IMG/VR virus record: IMGVR_UViG_3300014205_000002
Coordinates: 64,001-128,000 of that record
Source of the DNA: a virus
Lineage: Duplodnaviria > Caudoviricetes
Reading direction: 5' to 3' (one strand)
DNA length: 64,000 nt
Made by a program: the position numbers and the translations under genes. This document shows, piece by piece, positions 56,916 to 64,000 of the stretch. The stretch's first letter is position 1; each line of letters starts with the position of its first letter. The notes under the pieces were generated by a model, which was given only the letters and a program-made list of their open reading frames with translations, made no database searches and was not told the DNA's origin.

Positions 56916-57490
56916 AGAAGATCCGCATCCACAAGCACGACCAGTTCGTCTGGCTGCTCGAAACGCTCACAGCGACATTTCAGTGCTCGATCGACGCGAA
57001 GATCGTCCATGAGAACGGCACGCGTGCGATCCCGGTATTGTCCTTCGGGATGGGGGGAGCCTCTGAGATCGACTACGACCTCAAGGCCGTGTCGAGTCAT
57101 GGGCAGGAGGCCATGGCTGGCACTGAGACGCCGCTGCTCAAAGCGGCGATCGCGGCCATCAATGCGTTATCGAAAGACAAGGAGGTGCCGAACTTCGGCT
57201 CGCCCGCCTATAGCGACGAGGGCTATCTGGCCTTCGGCTGGGACGCTGGCTACCAGCGCGACATATCCGAGCGGCTGCAACGCTGCGAGAACGACTGGCA
57301 GGCGATCGACGATGCGGTTACGCGCTTCGGCTCGTCGCTCAAGGAGGTGCTACGCGTTGACGCTCGGGAGAATCGCGTTGTCTCGGAAGTCTGGAGTCGC
57401 GGCGATCGCGACGACGCCGCAGTGATCGCGGATCTGAGCGAGTTGCTCGACCGTGACGACATCCTCGCGATCACCCCTGCCGTCACGTGA
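56909..57490 (+). CDS. Hypothetical protein
   Basis: GGAGG RBS, start MLKKIR. Confidence 0.65.
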   Translation: MLKKIRIHKHDQFVWLLETLTATFQCSIDAKIVHENGTRAIPVLSFGMGGASEIDYDLKAVSSHGQEAMAGTETPLLKAAIAAINALSKDKEVPNFGSPAYSDEGYLAFGWDAGYQRDISERLQRCENDWQAIDDAVTRFGSSLKEVLRVDARENRVVSEVWSRGDRDDAAVIADLSELLDRDDILAITPAVT

Positions 57491-57494
57491 CGCC
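57479..57494. repeat. 16-bp palindrome, copy 4
   Basis: GCCGTCACGTGACGCC, overlaps a stop codon. Confidence 0.7.
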
Positions 57495-57693
57495 GCGGTG
57501 AGCATGTACACGGTTCGGGTCCGGGGACACTGGGTACGGACGGCCCAGGCGCACGGGCTCCACGCTTACCACTCGGACGTCACCAACGTCACCGCCATCG
57601 AGATCCCCGCAAGCGACAGCGGCGAGGCGTGCCGCAAGGCGCGCGCGCTCGGCTCGCTCCAGGTGATCGACGCCTTCCCTTGAAAGGGCCCCC

Positions 57694-58464
57694 ATGCCGA
57701 CTTTCGACATTGAAGAACTACAAGCCGTCGCAAACCTCGCCGCGATGACAGCCGAGCGACTCACGGGCTGGCACTTCATCGGACAGGTCGTGCCAGAGCG
57801 ACGTGAGATCTGGGTCAACACCGGTACCGACACCAGTCCCGAGAAACTGCCATACAACTTCATCCTCAGGCCGATCACAGGCGATCTGATGACCGCCTGG
57901 CGGATCGAGGTCGTCGTAGGCGGCAAGAACGGCATCGCCAGGCTCGCCGAGGTGATGCGGGCGATGCGCGGCGTCGACGACCGGTACAAGATCGTAAAGA
58001 CGGGCCGCGGCTCCTACGCCGAGACCCACGCGTCGATCGGCCCAAACACCCTGATGTCCGCTGCGAATCGACTGATCGAGTACATCGAGCGAGTGGTCGC
58101 CTGGCACATGACCAAGACACACAACGCCGACGGCGGCGGCAACCTGCTCACGCCCGAGCAGATGGCGCGCCAGCGTCAATTGGAGAGTGATCTCATGCAG
58201 CGGTGGCAGATCGCCGAAGTCAGCGGCATGCGTATGATCGACCTCTGCGATCACGAGTTCACTGTCCGTATGCGGGTTGTGCCCGTCTCGGACGATATCA
58301 CCCCGCCGTCACGTGACGTCGTGCGCGGCATTCTCCAGGGCTGCCTGGAGCTCGCCCTGGAGGGCGGCACGCATGAGGAAACCTACGCCCTGGAGTTGGT
58401 CGAGGGCCGGGTGGGGCTCCAGTGGGAGCCGCTGGTCGGCGCGCGCCCCGAGCAAGACGACTAA
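57694..58464 (+). CDS. Hypothetical protein
   Basis: GAAAGG RBS; 256 aa. Confidence 0.65.
   Translation: MPTFDIEELQAVANLAAMTAERLTGWHFIGQVVPERREIWVNTGTDTSPEKLPYNFILRPITGDLMTAWRIEVVVGGKNGIARLAEVMRAMRGVDDRYKIVKTGRGSYAETHASIGPNTLMSAANRLIEYIERVVAWHMTKTHNADGGGNLLTPEQMARQRQLESDLMQRWQIAEVSGMRMIDLCDHEFTVRMRVVPVSDDITPPSRDVVRGILQGCLELALEGGTHEETYALELVEGRVGLQWEPLVGARPEQDD
58305..58320. repeat. 16-bp palindrome, copy 5 (inside a gene)
   Basis: GCCGTCACGTGACGTC. Confidence 0.65.
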
Positions 58465-58487
58465 CCCCATTCAGAAGGAGAGACCCG

Positions 58488-59087
58488 ATGTCACAACCCC
58501 CCGAAGACCCGGCGACCGCGTTCCAGGCACACCTCACCTCGCTCCAGGCGCTGCTCGTGGATTATCCGCCGGAGGGCCGCTGGCGCGAGCACATCCGCTT
58601 CCTGCTCGCGGCGGTCGCTGTCCAGCAGGATGTGGGCGCGTCGGCGGCGGAGCTGGCGGACGCGCGCCAGATGATCGCGGAGTCCTGGCGCTGGATCACG
58701 AGCCTACTCAACGACGGCAAGGCCGAGCCCACCGACTTCGGCGCGCAGCCCCAGGACATGGAGGCTTACTTCCGTGCCTGCGGGGCGGTCGAGAGCCTGT
58801 TCGGGCTCATGAACAACGCCCTGGTGCGCGAACGGGCAAAGAACGCCCCGCCTCCGGAGACGCCCCTGGGGGCGCACGGCACGATGCTGATCGCCTACGT
58901 CAAGCGGGTCATGAACGACGAGGCGGCGATCGTGGCGGAGGGCGATCGCTTCAAGGTCGACGCAATCCGTGAGCAGTTCGGCAAGCTCGTCGACGCGTTC
59001 GACAAGGACATTCAAAAGTACCGCATGGACTTCTTCATCGCCGAGGAGGCCCAGCGTGAAGCAAAGAAAGGAAAGACCGGTGCCTGA
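58488..59087 (+). CDS. Helical hypothetical protein
   Basis: GAAGGAG RBS. Confidence 0.65.
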   Translation: MSQPPEDPATAFQAHLTSLQALLVDYPPEGRWREHIRFLLAAVAVQQDVGASAAELADARQMIAESWRWITSLLNDGKAEPTDFGAQPQDMEAYFRACGAVESLFGLMNNALVRERAKNAPPPETPLGAHGTMLIAYVKRVMNDEAAIVAEGDRFKVDAIREQFGKLVDAFDKDIQKYRMDFFIAEEAQREAKKGKTGA

Positions 59088-59694
59088 GGCGCACGTCTAC
59101 AAAGGCGATCGGGCGCTCGCCGTCGCGCGGGAACTCGGGCGCGATGTGCGCGTTCGCGACACTGCGGCCGAGTCTGGCTGGCGCGAGGTCACGCCCGACG
59201 CGTACGCCTATCTCGCGGGGCCTGACGACACCGCGCGCCAGAGCGTGAGCCGCGCGATCGAGCCGGGCCTGGAGGTCCCCTTCGACGTCTTCGTGGGCTG
59301 GGAGATGGCGCACCAGATCCGCGAGGCCGCCGCGGATCCGGAGACCGCCATCATCCAGGGCCGCAGCTTCGGGCCCGGCTGGCTCGGTGAGGTCGAGCTG
59401 GATCAGTACAAGTACATGTTCAAGGCCGAATGCGTCGTGCTTGAATCGCCGGCGCACGCGGCGGATCCAATCGCCGACGCGACCTATGCGATCAGGGCCT
59501 CATTCTGGGCTGGTACAGAGGGCGCATTCGACTCCGACTGGCGCGTAGCCTGCAATCTGGTCGAGGCGATCGCCATCGTGGTCGAGGAGGCCGCGAAGGA
59601 ATTCGACCGACAGGAAGACTGCGACGACTTCCTGGAAGGCGAGATACCGGAAGACGACGACCCCGCAGGTCCTTGGGGTGAGGAACGTCCATGA
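59080..59694 (+). CDS. Acidic hypothetical protein
   Basis: GAAAGGA RBS, GTG start. Confidence 0.6.
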   Translation: MPEAHVYKGDRALAVARELGRDVRVRDTAAESGWREVTPDAYAYLAGPDDTARQSVSRAIEPGLEVPFDVFVGWEMAHQIREAAADPETAIIQGRSFGPGWLGEVELDQYKYMFKAECVVLESPAHAADPIADATYAIRASFWAGTEGAFDSDWRVACNLVEAIAIVVEEAAKEFDRQEDCDDFLEGEIPEDDDPAGPWGEERP

Positions 59695-60002
59695 TAACCG
59701 TCGAATTCAGAAGCAATGATCACCTCAAAGTGGTTGAGCAGCACAGCCCGACCTCGCGCACGGTCTGGCAATTCTACCTCGCCTACAACAAGCTCTGGCT
59801 CGACGAGTTCCAGCCGCAGCAGCGCACGAGCGTGCGCGCCAAGTGGCTGGTTCACGGCAATCACTACGACCGACTTCGCCATTCGTACCTATCGGAGGCC
59901 AGCGTCGTGATCCCAGAGGCCATCAAGGCCGCGGCGATCAAGGCGGTCGTCGACGAGCTCGCCGTCTGCAAGTGGAACGCCGACAAGGAGTTTCACCGGT
60001 GA
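59691..60002 (+). CDS. Hypothetical protein
   Basis: GAGGA RBS; ATGA overlap. Confidence 0.6.
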   Translation: MITVEFRSNDHLKVVEQHSPTSRTVWQFYLAYNKLWLDEFQPQQRTSVRAKWLVHGNHYDRLRHSYLSEASVVIPEAIKAAAIKAVVDELAVCKWNADKEFHR

Positions 60003-60166
60003 GCAACCTGCTGGCTACTGGGGCGATCGCGCTCGGGTATATCATCCTGGCGTTCGTGAGCAACGGCCTTGTGCGCGCGTGGGAGTGGGACCGCATGTGG
60101 TCCCGGCGACTAGGGGATCCCGACCCCCAGAAGCCGCCCTGGTGGTGCTTCCTTCTCGGGAGCTAG
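59999..60166 (+). CDS. Small membrane protein
   Basis: AAGGAG RBS; single hydrophobic helix. Confidence 0.55.
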   Translation: MSNLLATGAIALGYIILAFVSNGLVRAWEWDRMWSRRLGDPDPQKPPWWCFLLGS

Positions 60167-60175
60167 GAGGTCTCT

Positions 60176-60700
60176 ATGCGGATCATCATGGCCATGTGGC
60201 TCTGCCTGCTGCTCGCGCTGCCGGCTGAGGCATTCACGCTCGACACTCACCGCTACCCAGGCTTCTCCGTGGGATTCCCTGAGACCTGGATCACCCCGTT
60301 CCCATTCAAGAACGGGCCGATGTACGGCCTGGAGTCCAAGAGCCCCGACGGTCAGATGTGGGTCGAGGTGTTCCAGGTGGGCGATCGCCCGATGCCGGTG
60401 GACACCATCCTCGACGAGTTCACCGAAAGCTTCAAGACGAACCCGCAATTCTACCCGCACTGCCGACCGCGCCACTTCACGGTAGCCGGCCGCAAGGCAG
60501 CCGTGCGCGTCTATTCATGCCAACGCCGCCCGAACTACAACTGGCGCAAATACCTGTTCGGCGTGGTCGAGACCAATCGCGGCGGCATCATGGTGATGGG
60601 CAGCGTCGCCGACAGCGTGGTGCCCAGTGAAAGCGCCTACGACGAGGATCGCCTGGAGCGGTTCCTCGCGATCGTGCGCAGCGTCAAGCCGGTGCGTTAG
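60176..60700 (+). CDS. Secreted protein, possibly PsbP/DUF1795-like fold
   Basis: Signal peptide MRIIMAMWLCLLLALPAEA; GFSVGFPETW; FLAIVRSVK end. Confidence 0.65.
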   Translation: MRIIMAMWLCLLLALPAEAFTLDTHRYPGFSVGFPETWITPFPFKNGPMYGLESKSPDGQMWVEVFQVGDRPMPVDTILDEFTESFKTNPQFYPHCRPRHFTVAGRKAAVRVYSCQRRPNYNWRKYLFGVVETNRGGIMVMGSVADSVVPSESAYDEDRLERFLAIVRSVKPVR

Positions 60701-60724
60701 CCCCGGCCACTTAAGGGAGGGCCC

Positions 60725-61483
60725 ATGGCCGACTGGCTCATAACGATCCCCCAGCAGATCACCTGGGAAGCCTACCAGCGGGAGCTCGACGTCGTCAAGA
60801 AAGAGCACTGCGTCACCTTCCTGAACTACAAGGTGCCCTTCATCCCCCGCGAGTTTCGCCGCGGCGATCGCTGCTTCGTGGTCTGGCGCGGCCAGGTGCG
60901 CGGCTGGATGATCTGCTGGGACAGCTTCAAGGCCGACAAGCCCTGGGCCTGCGAGACCAGCGGAACCTGGTGGGGGGCAGGAAGCTACATCCAGCGCTAC
61001 GGCGAGTTCTACGCTCTGAAAGACGGCGAGGCGATCAAGGGCTTCCAGGGCATCCGCCGTTACCGGCTGCCGCGTGAGCGGGCGGCCTATGCGGCAGCCA
61101 GTCGAGCGATGGACGCCGGGAAAGGTATCGGCCGCTGGCAGGAGTGCCTGACGCCCGAGGAGATCGAGTTTTTGCGGGTGACGCCTGGCTTCCGCGTCAT
61201 GTGGTCTCGATCTTACCATACCCACCTCGGCATCGACTTTGACTTCCACGAGGGGAGCTGGCAGCGGAAACCCGGCCAGCTCCTCTGCGGGGCACAGGTC
61301 AAACAGCCGTTTTTCGAGCGAGATCCTGGCATGTGGTCGGTGTGCTGCGATAACTGCGTAGAGACGGCGCTCGCCCTGGATCTACCAGGCAAACACCCCG
61401 ACGCCCTGAGCGGGATCGGGTTCTACCTGTCGACCAAGCTCGCGCGTCGCATGCGGGCGCAGAAGGAGGGAGCATGTCCGTGA
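60725..61483 (+). CDS. Protein with a PUA/ASCH-like N-terminal domain and C-terminal zinc motif
   Basis: GDRCFVVWRGQVRGW..IKGFQGIRRY; H..LLCG..CCDNC. Confidence 0.5.
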   Translation: MADWLITIPQQITWEAYQRELDVVKKEHCVTFLNYKVPFIPREFRRGDRCFVVWRGQVRGWMICWDSFKADKPWACETSGTWWGAGSYIQRYGEFYALKDGEAIKGFQGIRRYRLPRERAAYAAASRAMDAGKGIGRWQECLTPEEIEFLRVTPGFRVMWSRSYHTHLGIDFDFHEGSWQRKPGQLLCGAQVKQPFFERDPGMWSVCCDNCVETALALDLPGKHPDALSGIGFYLSTKLARRMRAQKEGACP

Positions 61484-62346
61484 CGGCACCACCCAGGCCC
61501 AAACGCACCACCAAAGACCTCAAGACCCGCTCGTGCGTACGAAGCTGGCAAGGCGCGCACGAGCTATACGAGGAAGAAGAGGGGAAATTCTTCCACACCA
61601 AGGAGTACATTTTCGGCGATCTGCCCGCCGCATCCCGGACCAAGGCCACCGAGGAATTCAACCAGCACCATGAGACCTGGGATGACCATGACACCGAGTA
61701 CCTGGTCGACTGGTTCAAGGAGCGTGCGGCCGAAGCTGGCTACGATGACGCAGACCTCGGCTACAGCGTCGGGTTCTGCCAGGGCGACCACGTCAACTTC
61801 CGCGGCTGCTCGGCCGACCACAAGAAGCTCGCCGCACGCCTGCTGCCCTTCCAAGCCCAGCATGCCGAGGCGCTCGTCAGCTGGCACGGCGAGGATCTCT
61901 GGGAGATGATCGAGCTGGAGTTCGATTATTCGTCGCGCGGCGGAGATCCCCGCGTCAGCGGCAGCGGCATCCAGGAGCGGGTACTCGTGGGCGCGCGTCT
62001 CAGCTACCTGACCGACGGTCACGACGCCGTAGAGACCAAGGCCCTGATCATCCCCGCGCCAGACGAGCTGGAGGAGGGGCTCCTGGAGGGCGACGAGATC
62101 GATCGCTACGAGACCGACATGGGTCGTCTCGTACGCTACGCCGGCGTTCAGGTCGGCGATTACTGCGGGGCCTTTGCTGAGGATCTGGCCGATGCGATCG
62201 AGGCGGACATGCGGGATCTGGCCCATGACTTCTACCGCGAATTCAGCGACGCGATCCTGGAAGCGGGATCCGAGCGGGCGATCGCGGAGCGGCTCGCAGA
62301 CGACGACTTCCTCACGTTCCGGCGCGACGGCACGCTGATCAGGTAG
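61474..62346 (+). CDS. Acidic hypothetical phage protein
   Basis: AAGGAGG RBS; YSVGFCQGD motif; ends FRRDG. Confidence 0.65.
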   Translation: MSVTAPPRPKRTTKDLKTRSCVRSWQGAHELYEEEEGKFFHTKEYIFGDLPAASRTKATEEFNQHHETWDDHDTEYLVDWFKERAAEAGYDDADLGYSVGFCQGDHVNFRGCSADHKKLAARLLPFQAQHAEALVSWHGEDLWEMIELEFDYSSRGGDPRVSGSGIQERVLVGARLSYLTDGHDAVETKALIIPAPDELEEGLLEGDEIDRYETDMGRLVRYAGVQVGDYCGAFAEDLADAIEADMRDLAHDFYREFSDAILEAGSERAIAERLADDDFLTFRRDGTLIR

Positions 62347-62397
62347 CTTGATGCCCTGGGGCGGGGCGGTGTATGGTCATGGACGGAGGCTCCGCTT

Positions 62398-62976
62398 ATG
62401 CACCCCCTTCCCCACCTGGCCTTTTACGGGCCTCCGGGGGCCGGCAAGTCCGCCATCGCGAATGCGCTGGTGAGCGAGTTCGGCTACCGGCGTTTCTCTC
62501 TGCGCGGTATGACGATGGAACTCTCGCGACTCATGGTCGACCGCAAGCTCGATCGCGGCCGCGACTTTGAGATGATCCGCCGGCTGCGCCAGGCGATGTG
62601 CGACCCCTACTTCGGGGGTAGCCCGACATTCTGGATCGAGCGCCTCGACGATCGAATCGCCGAGGCCGACTGGATGCGCCCCGTGGTGATCGATGATGTC
62701 GAGACCGTCGCCGAGGCCGAGTGGCTCAAACACCATGAGGGCGTACTGGTCGTACGGGTCGACACCGACATCGAAGAGTGCATGCGGCGGGTGCGGGGCT
62801 GGGCGAACGGCATCATGCAAGCCAGTTGGTTTGCCGTCGAGGACTATGCGGCGATCGCCCCCGACGACCAGATACCTGGGGTCGGCGACATCCACACGAA
62901 CATCCGCGGGCTGATCGCCAACAATCGACAAACGGCCGGATTCCAGGAGCTGGTTTTGGAGGAACGGATCGCATGA
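62398..62976 (+). CDS. P-loop kinase, dNMP-kinase-like
   Basis: GPPGAGKS; FWIE..VVIDDV..EAEWL..VVRVD. Confidence 0.7.
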   Translation: MHPLPHLAFYGPPGAGKSAIANALVSEFGYRRFSLRGMTMELSRLMVDRKLDRGRDFEMIRRLRQAMCDPYFGGSPTFWIERLDDRIAEADWMRPVVIDDVETVAEAEWLKHHEGVLVVRVDTDIEECMRRVRGWANGIMQASWFAVEDYAAIAPDDQIPGVGDIHTNIRGLIANNRQTAGFQELVLEERIA

Positions 62977-63485
62977 TTAAACGAACGAGCGGCATGATCG
63001 ATCCGCGCTTCGTCAAGAAGGCGCTGGCCGACATCCATTATGAGGCTGTACTCGGCCCCGTCGAGAAGACACTGCTCTCGCCGGCCCTCTCACAGGGCCG
63101 CTACCACCTTCACCAGCACCAGGCCGTCGACGACTGGGCTTTCTACTCGGGGCACCTGAACTTCGGCGCGGAGATGCCGATCCTCGCAACCGCAGGCCCC
63201 GTCCAGCCTGCGGACAAGAGTCAGGATCCCCTGATCATTCTCGATATCTTCATGAGCGAGGTCGTCTGCAAGGGCACAGGCCCGCGGGACGGGGTGGTCA
63301 TCGAGCTGCCCGACGCAACCAGAACGCGCTACGAGATGCTCCGGCAGCCCCTGGAGGACGGCCGCCATCTCTGGTGGATCCAGCGGGTCGAGACCGAACA
63401 GGAACTCGAACGCAGGAAATTCTTTCAGTATGTGTTCAGGCACACAGATCCCAGCGGCGATCCACCCATCGCCGGGTTAATTTAA
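62973..63485 (+). CDS. Hypothetical protein
   Basis: GGAGG RBS; ATGA overlap. Confidence 0.6.
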   Translation: MIKRTSGMIDPRFVKKALADIHYEAVLGPVEKTLLSPALSQGRYHLHQHQAVDDWAFYSGHLNFGAEMPILATAGPVQPADKSQDPLIILDIFMSEVVCKGTGPRDGVVIELPDATRTRYEMLRQPLEDGRHLWWIQRVETEQELERRKFFQYVFRHTDPSGDPPIAGLI

Positions 63486-63489
63486 ATTT

Positions 63490-63730
63490 AACATGATGGT
63501 TGGCGGCCAGGATCCAATAGGCCTGGAGGGCCATGTCCGAACACATGTTCGCCATGCCAACCGTTGTCAGTCTTCGCAGCCATGGGTTATTGTGGATCAG
63601 GCTTATTGGTCCTACCAACGCCTCCAGATCGGAAGATCCGCAGGTAGAGCCGATCCACAAACCCGGCACCCCGGCAGGGTCCGGGTCTTGGCCGCATCGG
63701 TAGGGCCCAGAAGGAGATCTCGGATGCACG
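63490..63730 (+). ncRNA. Candidate structured non-coding RNA
   Basis: Long stems 63493-63504/63556-63567 and 63584-63604/63647-63664; G-U pairs and a GGAA loop favour the plus strand. Confidence 0.5.
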
Positions 63731-63749
63731 ACTAGCACCCAAAACGACC

Positions 63750-63782
63750 AAAAAGAAAGAGATCGGCTGGCCGGCCGATCTC
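63750..63782 (-). terminator. Intrinsic terminator, minus strand
   Basis: GAGATCGGC-6nt-GCCGATCTC followed by TTTCTTTTT. Confidence 0.85.
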
Positions 63783-63820
63783 CCTCAAGTCTGTCTCGCG
63801 CCCACGCTCGACCTCACAAG
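63750..63820 (-). ncRNA. Candidate small RNA of about 70 nt
   Basis: Lies between a consensus promoter and a terminator; no ORF. Confidence 0.6.
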
Positions 63821-63826
63821 GACCCG

Positions 63827-63855
63827 ATCGTATCACGCGAGGCAGGCTCCGTCAA
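63827..63855 (-). promoter_or_regulatory. Sigma70-type promoter
   Basis: TTGACG-17bp-TACGAT on the minus strand. Confidence 0.75.
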
Positions 63856-64000
63856 CGTGCAAATGCGCATGTTAGGAAGGACGCTCTCGTGACGATCGTG
63901 CCATCTGTGGGGGCCCCGAGGGGCGGCCCCTCTGTCTGGTCGGAGCAATCCGGCTGCCGCGAGGATCGCGCATGATCCGCCCGAGCAGCTCCGGATCACC

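Noticed and set aside
1-64000. tRNA, rRNA, integrase, transposase, reverse transcriptase or DGR, intron or intein
   Set aside because: No supporting motifs were recognised by eye; dedicated scans were not run.

Overview
GC-rich fragment of a large, probably jumbo myovirus-type phage genome. About 1-17.3 kb is a late/structural block: tail and baseplate proteins, a gp5-like spike, a gp25-like protein, a baseplate wedge and a probable portal, plus a CATG-type (NlaIII/HpyI-like) adenine methyltransferase and PhoH. About 17.4-63.5 kb is a dense, entirely plus-strand early/accessory block of mostly small hypothetical genes. It includes an XRE HTH regulator, a MoxR-like AAA ATPase with a peptidase-vWA partner, four tandem alpha-solenoid paralogs, an HD protein, a Rad52-like annealase, two stand-alone DUF262 genes, sce7726-like and XF1762/Mom-like genes, and a P-loop kinase. 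The main unexplained structure is an array of 12 same-sized 9-6-9 bp inverted-repeat sites (consensus TCAATGTAA-N6-TTACATTGA, with tyrosine-recombinase/Xer-dif geometry) at gene boundaries between 25.7 and 30.0 kb. The left arms often supply the upstream stop codon, the right arms usually run into the RBS, and two genes are flanked by identical 6-bp spacers, which suggests an integron-like gene-cassette array in a phage. Related GATAA-N6-TTATC sites lie in a non-coding block at 21.4-21.6 kb. A 16-bp parS-like palindrome occurs five times, and two convergent non-coding RNA candidates lie at the right end. No recombinase gene, tRNA or CRISPR array was seen. All family assignments come from recognising motifs by eye, not from database searches.
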